Of a DNA stretch of 64,000 nt, positions 43,093 to 51,605 are shown piece after piece. The notes under the pieces were generated by a model, which was not told the DNA's origin, did not search any database, and saw only the letters and a program-made list of their open reading frames with translations. Source of the stretch: an uncultured Methanoregulaceae archaeon (lineage in GTDB: Archaea > Halobacteriota > Methanomicrobia > Methanomicrobiales > Methanospirillaceae); the NCBI GenBank assembly GCA_963717525.1, contig OY970343.1:1760001-1824000 (forward strand). Reading direction: 5' to 3'. A program made the position numbers and the translations under genes. Position 1 is the first letter of the stretch. Each line of letters opens with the position of its first letter.

Positions 43093-43667
43093 ACCGGACC
43101 CTGACCCTTGTCACCAGCAACCCCCATAAGGCAAAGGAGGTCGCGGCGTTTTTTGGCGGATCGGTCGAGATTAGCCACGTGGCGCTCGACATCCCGGAAC
43201 TCCGCTCCGATGACATTCAGGAGATCGCCCGCGAAAAAGCGAGGTATGCGTACGATCGCATCCACCGGCCACTTATGGTGGATGATACGGCCTTCTTTAT
43301 CGATGCGCTCAACGGATTTCCCGGCCCTTACGCAGCCTATGTCCTTTCAACTATCGGCAATACGGGAATCCTCAGGCTCATGGAAGGGGCACGGGATCGC
43401 AATGCCCGTTTCACCACAGCCATCGCTTTTGCGGATGAAACCGGCATTTTTGTTTTTTCGGGCACAATCAGCGGAAGGATCATCCCTGAACCCCGGGGGA
43501 GCGGAGGGTTCGGGTACGACCCTATCTTTGAGGTGGACGGAAAGACGCTTGCCGAGATCCCGCTTGAAGAGAAAAGCGCCATCTCCCACCGTGCACGCGC
43601 ACTCACGTCGTTCCGTGACTGGTTCATGAACAGGCAGGACCGATGCCTAGTCGATACAAACCGTTAA
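43089..43667 (+). CDS. rdgB: Non-canonical purine NTP pyrophosphatase
   Basis: TSNPHK, GFPGPY, GFGYDPIF, SHR. Confidence 0.95.
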   Translation: MNRTLTLVTSNPHKAKEVAAFFGGSVEISHVALDIPELRSDDIQEIAREKARYAYDRIHRPLMVDDTAFFIDALNGFPGPYAAYVLSTIGNTGILRLMEGARDRNARFTTAIAFADETGIFVFSGTISGRIIPEPRGSGGFGYDPIFEVDGKTLAEIPLEEKSAISHRARALTSFRDWFMNRQDRCLVDTNR

Positions 43668-43712
43668 AAGATCAAAGAACATTGTTATAAGGGCAGACAG
43701 GAGTGTATATCC

Positions 43713-43859
43713 ATGGCAAAGTTCCCTGAAGCCGAAGCCCGGTTACTCAATGTGAAAATTTGTATGCATTGCAATGCACGCAATGCGATTCGCGCGACGA
43801 CATGCCGCAAGTGCGGGTACAAAAACCTGCGCCCGAAAAACAAGGAGCGAAAAGCGTAA
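43713..43859 (+). CDS. rpl40e: 50S ribosomal protein L40e (absent from the ORF track)
   Basis: Translated by hand: [48 protein letters not shown]. Confidence 0.96.
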   Translation: MAKFPEAEARLLNVKICMHCNARNAIRATTCRKCGYKNLRPKNKERKA

Positions 43860-43918
43860 CTGAATTTTCTTTGCAATACTATCGTTCTTTTTTTTAGTTA
43901 TTTGCTTAAATCGAAGAG

Positions 43919-44569
43919 TTACGCTGAGTAATACGTGACCCGTTTTCCCTTCTGGGCATACTCACCGGCAAACGTCTCAAGATTGCGTTTGTACCCGATC
44001 CGGTCAATGAATCCGAGCCTGCGGAGATTCTCCCGCACCCGCATCACATCCGGCTCGTCAGCCCAGTCCCTGGTGTAGATATAGATTACCCTGCGGCTGT
44101 CCCGGGAGTCCGGGTTGGGTTTTGCCGTGCTGACCTTTGCCGAAATACCCAGCTCATGTGCCACCGTTGCATCCCTGACTTTTTTCCATGCATCATCTGC
44201 TGCCTCGGGATCCTGGAAGATCAGCCATTTGCCGGCATGTTCGTCCTCGATTGCCTCGGGCGCGCTGCCGGGAGCATCCTGCACAATCCAGTACATCTGT
44301 GTTGTTTTTGAGGGGAGGACCCCTTCCCCCTCGCAGAGCATGCGGTAGATCGTATCTACCGGTCCAAAACGTGCATGGAGCGCTTCAGCAAGCTGTGGGT
44401 ATTCATCCACAAACTGCCCGACCGTCTCAGCCAGGTCTGCGGTGAAGTCAATGCCTCCTTCTACGAGCGCATAGAGATACTTTCCCTGCGTCTGGAGTCT
44501 CCGGGTGAGAAGGTGATCGAAGATGCCGTATGCCACATCAGCCAGAGCCTCGGAATCGACTTCGTCCAT
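43919..44569 (-). CDS. DUF1917/Bles03-like protein
   Basis: GKWLIF, LGISAKVST, VIYIYT.D..D..DV.RV...LR.LG...YK. Confidence 0.75.
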   Translation of the reverse strand: MDEVDSEALADVAYGIFDHLLTRRLQTQGKYLYALVEGGIDFTADLAETVGQFVDEYPQLAEALHARFGPVDTIYRMLCEGEGVLPSKTTQMYWIVQDAPGSAPEAIEDEHAGKWLIFQDPEAADDAWKKVRDATVAHELGISAKVSTAKPNPDSRDSRRVIYIYTRDWADEPDVMRVRENLRRLGFIDRIGYKRNLETFAGEYAQKGKRVTYYSA

Positions 44570-44753
44570 AGTGTACTCGTCCGGTGTTTGGCCGAAAAAT
44601 AGTTTCTGCTTTGGTGCAGAAACTTTCCGGCACTTCCCGCCTCCGTATGGCACCTTGTCGGGATCTTCCGGACCATAGGATCTTCCCGGAGGAGGCGCTC
44701 TCACTGCTATGTTCGAATGATTTAAGAGAAGCGGCAGCAGAAATGTACTAATT

Positions 44754-45644
44754 ATGGAATGGAAAAGAGACTGGGGCCTGACAACCAGAGTGTTGCTGAC
44801 AGGATTTTTGCTGTTCATCCTCTACCTCGTGTTCATGACGGTACTTGTGGTGTTCTTCCCCGGGGTCAGTATCTGGCTGATTGTCGGTCTGGCGGTAGTA
44901 ATAGGCCTCGTCCAGTATTTCTTCTCAGACAAACTGGTGCTCTGGACCACACATTCGCGCATTATAACCGATGGTGAATACCCGGAACTTCACCAGACAG
45001 TCGAGAAACTTTGCCATGAAGCCGATCTGCCCATGCCAAAGATCGCCATCATGCAGAGCCCGATGCCCAACGCGTTTGCTACCGGCCGTAGCCCGAAACA
45101 TGCGGTGGTCTGCTGCACCGATTCAATCATGCGCCTTCTGACCAAAGACGAACTTGAAGCAGGTACTCGCACACGAACTCTCCCATGTAAAAAACCGGGA
45201 CATTCTCACGATGACTATGGCCAGTTTCGTTGCAATGATCGCTTCGATAATTATGCAGAGTTTCTTCTTTTCTGCGCTCTTCGGGGGAAATAATCGCAAC
45301 AATGGAGCAGGATGGATCATAGTCTGGATAGCCTCGATTATTGTCTACGCGCTGAGTACCTGTTGATTCTTGCGCTCTCCCGCTACCGTGAGTATGCGGC
45401 TGACCGGGGCAGTGCACTCATCACCAGAAACCCCCAGGCGCTGATCTCGGCCCTGAGTAAGATCAGTGGCAGGATGGAAGTTGTTCCCCCCCAGGCAAAA
45501 GCCAAAGTTGAAAGTGCAAATGCATTCTTTATCATTCCGGCACTCACAGGAAACACTATCATGGAGCTCTTCTCCACCCATCCGCCGATGGAGAAGCGGA
45601 TTGCCGCCCTTGAAAGGATCGCGGTCGAGCTTCGCGTAACCTGA
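44754..45644 (+). CDS. htpX: Zinc metalloprotease HtpX; two compensating frameshifts (~45162, ~45360)
   Basis: PNAFATGR; HELSH in the shifted middle segment; SRYREYAAD; FSTHPP. Confidence 0.9.
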
Positions 45645-45786
45645 TACCTCTTTCTTTTTTCTCCCGCTTTCCTCATGGATGCATGTGATCCCTTCTTGGC
45701 AACCTGTGCAGGAAGGAGGATGGATTTTTTTTATGCGGAAGAAGCAAGCCTTAATACACCACCCCGCCAAAATTGTAGAGCGCAGT

Positions 45787-45857
45787 GCATCGATGGTCTA
45801 GAGGTATGACTTAGGCCTTCCAAGCCTATAGCCCGGGTTCGATTCCCGGTCGATGCA
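45787..45857 (+). tRNA. tRNA-Gly(TCC)
   Basis: Acceptor GCATCGA/TCGATGC; anticodon arm TAGGC-CTTCCAA-GCCTA; GGTTCGATTCC T-arm. Confidence 0.96.
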
Positions 45858-45860
45858 TGA

Positions 45861-45934
45861 GGGCTCGTGGTCTAGTTGGCTATGACGTCGCCTTCACACG
45901 GCGAAGATCTCGTGTTCGAATCACGACGGGCCCA
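45861..45934 (+). tRNA. tRNA-Val(CAC)
   Basis: Acceptor GGGCTCG/CGGGCCC; anticodon arm TCGCC-TTCACAC-GGCGA; T-arm TCGTG-TTCGAAT-CACGA. Confidence 0.96.
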
Positions 45935-46052
45935 TATATTTCCGGAGCGGTCCGGTAAGGAAGAGATACCGGTTTTAGGCCGCACTCATTGTACCATCTG
46001 TTTTTCGGAGACTTCGCATGAAGAGAATGAATTTACACAAAATACCCCGAAT

Positions 46053-46082
46053 CCTTTGATTTTCCAGTGGAAACAAAGGGGT
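46053..46082 (+). promoter_or_regulatory. Origin recognition box (ORB)-like Orc1/Cdc6 site
   Basis: TTCCAGTGGAAACAAAGGGG at 46062-46081 matches the archaeal ORB pattern (TTCCA.TGGAAA dyad plus G-string). Confidence 0.65.
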
Positions 46083-46336
46083 ATAAATATGGACCTATGT
46101 TTTCACAATAGATTGCACTTGCATTGCACATGCCATCGTCTAGATTCTCACGAAGTTTCTTTTTATAACGGGATCCCCGGGAATCGATGCCCAGACGGGC
46201 TTCACCCAATAAATCGGCATCCGGATGGGATACATAAAAAGATACGTTCCCGTATAAGGGATTACTATGGGGAGCCAGACAGGACCGGATTATACCGGTA
46301 TTCTGCCTGGCTGCTAACAAACAAAAAGGTGATTGC

Positions 46337-46552
46337 TTATGCGTTCTTCATCTTGGCTTTTGCGACGAATCCGTCTTTGCCAATGTAATACATGAAGCCC
46401 TTTTCCTTGGCAATCTTTTCAGTACCGACTTTCTTCTTCTTGCCGGTCTTGTTGTGCTTCATCGGGGCTGCCCAGACATACCCGTCCTTCCCAATGAAGT
46501 ACAGGAATCCCTTTTCGCGCTGGATCTTTTCCTTTCCAATTTTCTGTCCCAT
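46337..46552 (-). CDS. Small basic two-repeat protein of unknown function
   Basis: 71 aa, 18 Lys; two copies of K(I/V)G.EKI..EKGF.Y.IGKDG.V....MK; GAGGTG RBS at 46558-46563. Confidence 0.85.
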   Translation of the reverse strand: MGQKIGKEKIQREKGFLYFIGKDGYVWAAPMKHNKTGKKKKVGTEKIAKEKGFMYYIGKDGFVAKAKMKNA

Positions 46553-46962
46553 TTAAACACCTCAAAACCACATTCGGGTTTTGATAATGAGAGTTAACGC
46601 CTGATAATATAAAAGGTTTCCGTCGAGAGCACGTCGAAATATCAAATTTGGCCATATTTTCATCGCTATTTTCGTTATTGTGGCGCACTAATAACCCCGA
46701 TTTAAATGGCTTGAAAAAAACCCGGTTTGCTCAAATAAGCCCAAAAAAAGGCCAAATGCACATTATTTCATCGGAGACTCAATGGTATGAAAGGACACAT
46801 TAGCGCATGAACCTGCCGCGACTGCGCACCCGGAAAGTGAATGAGAGACAGCCTGCTGTACAACAGGTGATAGGGAAACTTACCGGAAATACTGTGTATA
46901 TCTTCCGAAAGGAGCCCGCAAATTTATGGGTTGCCGCTTCCCATAACAACAGGAATCTGCTC

Positions 46963-48090
46963 ATGTACTTCCATCTCATCCTCACCGATGACTGTAACCT
47001 TTGCTGCCGGTACTGCCGGGCAAAGGCGTTTGATACAGAAGAGGATGGGGGACCGGAACCAGTAGATGTTGAGATCGACACTGATCTCTCACCGGATCTC
47101 AATTACGATCCCGAACTGCTCTACCGTTTCCTTGCAGGGGATCCCGCTCCCACCCTCACTTTTTATGGCGGTGAACCGCTCCTTCGGCAGGCTCTTATCG
47201 AGCGGATAATCCGTGAGGCGCCGGTGCAACGATTCATGATCCAGACAAATGGTATCCTGCTCGACCGGCTGGCCCCGGAGATTGTCAACCGGTTCTCCAC
47301 GATCCTTGTTTCCCTGGACGGGCGCGAAAACCTAACCGATGAAAACCGGGGAGCAGGGGTTTTTTCCCGGGTGATGAAGAATGTAAAGAAGATCCGGTCA
47401 AACGGTTATCACGGCGAACTGATTGCGCGGATGACCGTCACCGAGCGCACTGACATCTTTGACGCAGTCCGGTACCTCGCAGAGAACCCGGAATACTCCT
47501 TTACTTCCATCCACTGGCAGATGGATGCAAACTTCTCACGGGATCTCTCCCATCGCCGGTTTGCAGAATGGGCAGACATGAGTTACAACCCCGGGATACG
47601 GGCGCTCATTACCGCGTGGGTCGACGAGATGGAACAGACCGGCCGGGTCCTGTGCTGGTATCCCTTCATCGATCCCATGGAAGATCTCCTGCATAGGAGG
47701 GACAGCCTCCTGCGGTGTGGGGCCGGGTATGCAAACTATGCGATCATGACTGACGGCCACATCGCCCCCTGCCCGATCATGATCGGCATGAAACAGTACT
47801 ATGTCGGCCATATCCGGGACACGGACCAGCAGCACCTCAGCCGGATCCCGGTCGGGGGAGAATGCGGGGACTGCCGGATCCGGACATTCTGTGGCGGGCG
47901 ATGCCTCTACTCCGCTATTGTTCAGCCCTGGAGCCCGGCCGGCCGTCAGCTGGTATGCGGAACCGTCGAAAACCTGCGCAAAGCACTCACGGACGCACTC
48001 CCCCGTGTGCAGGCCCTGATAGATTCCGGTCGCATCAGCCTTTCGGATTTTGCGCATGAGAAGTTCAATGGGTGCGAAATCATTCCCTGA
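46963..48090 (+). CDS. Radical SAM/SPASM protein (resembles the AF0577/TIGR04084 putative peptide-modifying family)
   Basis: CNLCCRYC, FYGGEP, QTNG, SLDG; SPASM-type CGAG...DGHIAPC...CGDC...CGGRC. Confidence 0.8.
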   Translation: MYFHLILTDDCNLCCRYCRAKAFDTEEDGGPEPVDVEIDTDLSPDLNYDPELLYRFLAGDPAPTLTFYGGEPLLRQALIERIIREAPVQRFMIQTNGILLDRLAPEIVNRFSTILVSLDGRENLTDENRGAGVFSRVMKNVKKIRSNGYHGELIARMTVTERTDIFDAVRYLAENPEYSFTSIHWQMDANFSRDLSHRRFAEWADMSYNPGIRALITAWVDEMEQTGRVLCWYPFIDPMEDLLHRRDSLLRCGAGYANYAIMTDGHIAPCPIMIGMKQYYVGHIRDTDQQHLSRIPVGGECGDCRIRTFCGGRCLYSAIVQPWSPAGRQLVCGTVENLRKALTDALPRVQALIDSGRISLSDFAHEKFNGCEIIP

Positions 48091-48180
48091 ACGCCGTGAA
48101 GCAGAGTAACCGGAGAGCCTGATCCGATGGAGATGTATTTATACTCGATGGTAAAATGAATATGTGCAGATATAAACTGC

Positions 48181-48360
48181 ATGAGTAATACAATGGAAAG
48201 AAAAGGATTTGGCGGCCCGAGAAATTTCGGTCCCAGAGAAATGACAAAGACGGTCTGTTCAGACTGTGGAAAAGAGTGCGAAGTCCCCTTCAAGCCAACT
48301 GAGGGAAGGCCGGTTTACTGCAGGGACTGCCTGCCCAAGCACCGGAAACCCCGGTTCTGA
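48181..48360 (+). CDS. CxxC-x17-CxxC zinc-ribbon protein (absent from the ORF track)
   Basis: Translated by hand: MSNTMERKGFGGPRNFGPREMTKTVCSDCGKECEVPFKPTEGRPVYCRDCLPKHRKPRF. Confidence 0.9.
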   Translation: MSNTMERKGFGGPRNFGPREMTKTVCSDCGKECEVPFKPTEGRPVYCRDCLPKHRKPRF

Positions 48361-48452
48361 TTTCACAAATTTTATTCTTTTTTTGGTTTTCTGCACGGCA
48401 AGTATCCTATATGCCGGTCATTATATACCAGTTCCTGCACATACGTCCAATC

Positions 48453-48686
48453 ATGGCTGCATCATGGCGTGAAGCACGAGAATCAGCCCGGGAAAAAAAC
48501 CTCCCGCAGGTATACCATGATTGCGACACGGATACCTACGGTGCCTGCCACACGGGTGAGCCGCAGGGGAGTTTTAAAAATGGCGTCTTTACCGAGCACC
48601 GCTGTATCTGTATGCCGGCACACTTATCGGCAGAAGAACTCGCGGAAAAAGAACGGAAATTCCGGGCGGAGAATCCGGACTGGTAA
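48453..48686 (+). CDS. Small hypothetical Cys/His-containing protein
   Basis: MAASWREAR...HDCD...GAC...HRCICMP...ENPDW; TTATATA upstream. Confidence 0.6.
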   Translation: MAASWREARESAREKNLPQVYHDCDTDTYGACHTGEPQGSFKNGVFTEHRCICMPAHLSAEELAEKERKFRAENPDW

Positions 48687-48740
48687 ACGGGAATTTAAAA
48701 ATAAAACCCTTTTACCACACTTTTTCGCTGAAAGATAGGT

Positions 48741-49335
48741 TTACCGCCTTTTGATCTCATCTCGGAACCGGTGGATAATATCGTACAGCATCATTCGCAG
48801 TTCAGCACCGACATCGTCCCATGATTTCGGGGATGACACGGATACGGCGGGATTGGATGCAGATGCATGGACAACGGTATCGGACTCGTCCCGGATCTTC
48901 GCCTTTGCCCAGAGATCGCAGATGATCTCGATAGTACCCGGCCAGGAGCACGATGATAAAGACTACCGGGACGATCACAAAGGAGAGCAGCCAGAAGTAA
49001 TGGTAGATGTTGTTACCGGTGGCCGAATCGACCCATTCGAAAACCCGGAGCACGAACGCAATGATGAAGACGCTGCCAATAGCCTTGATGATCGGGGCCG
49101 GCAGGTTCATCGGGAATGGGAGTGCCCCGAAGATGTCAGCGATAAAGATGATGATGCCGATGAGGATCAGCAGCCAGAAATTCAGGTTCAGGAAATCGAC
49201 GCCCGCGTGGTACAGGGGATTTGACACGTAAAAGGTCAGGATGTTTGCGAGCACGACAACGATCAGGAAACAGATGATCCCAATCATCCTTGAAACAAAA
49301 ACCCACCCGAGCGAGTGTTGCTTGTTCGGCCACAT
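48741..49335 (-). CDS. Hypothetical 4-TM membrane protein; probable frameshift near 48930
   Basis: Four hydrophobic segments; removing one base gives an amphipathic tail ...PKSWDDVGAELRMMLYDIIHRFRDEIKRR*. Confidence 0.65.
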
Positions 49336-49448
49336 GGATACTCACATCAAGTGTATTTCTTAGTATTTGTCGGCGGGGTATATAGTCCTCGTGTACCGCA
49401 CAGGGAAACGTCACAATCCCTTTATTGTGCCGGCCCAAAGATTCCAGT

Positions 49449-49818
49449 TTGCGGATCTATTTCGAGCGGTATGCACTCTACCTTCTCCGGTGACAGGCGA
49501 GCACCCCGATCCTTGCCGGTGTCGGCATCCTCCTTGAGGGCATGGGATATCACAGCCGCGATTATCGCAAACCTGATCGGCGGCCTGATCTTCTTCTGGG
49601 TTGACCCGTTCATCTTCACCTCCCAATCGACTGCAACGCAGTAGGATGTACGGGAGAATATCACCTGCGTGGACTGCGGCAGGGTCACACGGGGGTACCG
49701 GCTGGTCCGGTTCGGGGATTATGATAAGAGTAATGATCCTGTCCCCGAGTTCCGGTGCGAGGAGTGCACGAAAAAGAAAGCAGAGACGCTCCGGAGTAAG
49801 GGGATAAAAACAGCATAG
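49449..49818 (+). pseudogene. Disrupted small membrane protein with C-terminal CxxC...CxxC domain
   Basis: YALYLLR*QASTPILA (TGA 49491); frameshift ~49548; ANLIGGLIFFWVD...Q*DVRENITCVDCG (TAG 49642)...FRCEEC. Confidence 0.7.
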
Positions 49819-49929
49819 CCGGGGGGAGGCGCAGTATCCCGTACCCGGTTCCCCGGAGATATGGTTCTTTTTTGCAAACGATCAGAAAGGTGTGACAATT
49901 CGCGGACTTTTTGCATAAACAAACAACAA

Positions 49930-49945
49930 TGTATAAATATGTACA
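49930..49945 (+). promoter_or_regulatory. trp operon TATA box overlapped by TRP-box-like pair TGTATA-N4-TGTACA
   Basis: TGTATA 49930-35, TGTACA 49940-45, TATAAATA 49932-39, A-rich BRE-like sequence upstream. Confidence 0.55.
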
Positions 49946-50026
49946 ATAACAACCAAAACTAAGCGTTGTAGCCGGCAATTGAGAGAGGCGGACATTCACC
50001 CAAACGTTCCTGTCCGGAATACTTTC

Positions 50027-50047
50027 ATGAAATCCGGCTGGTGGTGA
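50027..50047 (+). other. Putative trp leader mini-ORF MKSGWW*
   Basis: ATG AAA TCC GGC TGG TGG TGA, ending 10 nt before the trpE ATG. Confidence 0.45.
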
Positions 50048-50057
50048 TGCTCTTGGG

Positions 50058-51605
50058 ATGGAGAATGATACTATTCAGACTGCACTGAACCTGAACCTTA
50101 GACTGGATGAATATCTTACCGCAGTGGCAGACCAGCCAAAGCCGCTGGTTATTCCGCTCTGTGCTGAACTACCGCTTCCACGGTGCTCGCCACAGGAAGT
50201 ATTTTTGGAGACCCGGACCGGGGCCGGCTTTCTTCTTGAATCCCTGGAAGGCAGCGAGAAGATAGCCCGGTACTCGTATGTCGGTATAGATCCCTCGTGC
50301 GTGATCACGCTGGGCCGGGAAGTGTCAGTGACCGGCAACGACGCGTTTGTCGCCATTGCCCGCGAACCCGAAGGCACGAACCCGGTAGACCGGATCCGGT
50401 CGATCCTCTCGCGATTCCATTACGTCAACCTCAGGGCCCCGCGGTTCTTCGGGGGGATGGTCGGGTACTTCTCCTACGATATCGTGCATGCACTCTTCGA
50501 CCAAGTGCCGGATCACCGGAACCTTCCGGTGCAGAAATGCCCTGACGCCAGATTCATGCTCACCAAGGACTGCATCGTCTTCGACCACCGGGACCGCAGG
50601 ATGTTTATTTTCTCCAGTCCGTTTCTGACATACGATACGGATCCGATCACGGAATACAATCGCTGTGTTGCTCATATCACAGAACTTGTCGGCAGGATCG
50701 CGTCAATCCCAAGATCCCCGGCAGCGCCGGATGCACCAGCGCTCACCGGAACAAAAATATCCAAGAAATCTCCCGCTATCACCGACAACACCGGGCGCGA
50801 AGCATTCACGCATGCGGTCAACGGAATTAAAGAGCACATCGTGGCCGGGGATATCTTTCAGGCTGTACTCTCGCGAAGGATGGAATGTGCGGTCACATCA
50901 GACCCGTTCCCCATCTACGCGGCGCTGCGGACAATCAACCCGAGCCCGTACATGTATTACCTTGATTTCGGGGACGAACAGGTGATCGGCGCAAGCCCCG
51001 AGATGCTTGTGCGGGTCGAGAAACGGCGCGTGACCACGGTCCCGATAGCCGGCACCCGGCCCCGGGGCGCCGACAGGAGCGAGGATAAACGGCTCGCGCA
51101 GGAACTGCTGCTCGACAAAAAAGAGCGGGCCGAGCATACGATGCTGGTCGACCTCGCACGAAATGATGTCGGGAGGGTCTGTAAGTTCGGGTCGGTCGAT
51201 GTCACCGAATTCATGGGCATAGAAAAATTCTCCCACGTCCAGCACATGGTTTCGACCGTGCAGGGCACGCTCATGGACCACCTCGACTGCTGCGATGCGC
51301 TCAAGTCCTGCTTCCCGGCCGGGACCGTTTCGGGTGCCCCGAAAATCCGTGCGATGCAAATCATTGGCGAAACAGAACCTGACGCACGCGGGATCTACGC
51401 GGGTGCCGTGGGTTACATCGGGTTTGACCGGAACCTCGAATTTGCCATCGCGATCCGGACCGTGAGCGTGAGAGACGGCCGGGCCTCCATTCAGGCCGGC
51501 GCCGGGATCGTTGCCGACTCGGTCCCGGAGAACGAGTGGATCGAGACCGAAAATAAGGCCGCGGCGATGATGCGGGCGATTGAACATGCAGGGGTTGTGC
51601 CATGA
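50058..51605 (+). CDS. trpE: Anthranilate synthase component I
   Basis: LLES...ARYS, NPSPYM, PIAGTRPRG, KERAEH, FPAGTVSGAPK. Confidence 0.96.
   Translation: MENDTIQTALNLNLRLDEYLTAVADQPKPLVIPLCAELPLPRCSPQEVFLETRTGAGFLLESLEGSEKIARYSYVGIDPSCVITLGREVSVTGNDAFVAIAREPEGTNPVDRIRSILSRFHYVNLRAPRFFGGMVGYFSYDIVHALFDQVPDHRNLPVQKCPDARFMLTKDCIVFDHRDRRMFIFSSPFLTYDTDPITEYNRCVAHITELVGRIASIPRSPAAPDAPALTGTKISKKSPAITDNTGREAFTHAVNGIKEHIVAGDIFQAVLSRRMECAVTSDPFPIYAALRTINPSPYMYYLDFGDEQVIGASPEMLVRVEKRRVTTVPIAGTRPRGADRSEDKRLAQELLLDKKERAEHTMLVDLARNDVGRVCKFGSVDVTEFMGIEKFSHVQHMVSTVQGTLMDHLDCCDALKSCFPAGTVSGAPKIRAMQIIGETEPDARGIYAGAVGYIGFDRNLEFAIAIRTVSVRDGRASIQAGAGIVADSVPENEWIETENKAAAMMRAIEHAGVVP

Noticed and set aside
45876..46388. 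170-aa ORF on the + strand
   Set aside because: It starts inside tRNA-Val, runs through the ORB region and has no recognisable motifs.
49491..49644. Selenocysteine (TGA) or pyrrolysine (TAG) readthrough
   Set aside because: The stops fall at apparent Trp positions, the gene also has a frameshift, and no Sec/Pyl machinery is visible in the window.
45935..49900. Integrated mobile element at the tRNA locus
   Set aside because: No integrase or transposase, and no duplicated tRNA 3' end (att site) was seen downstream.
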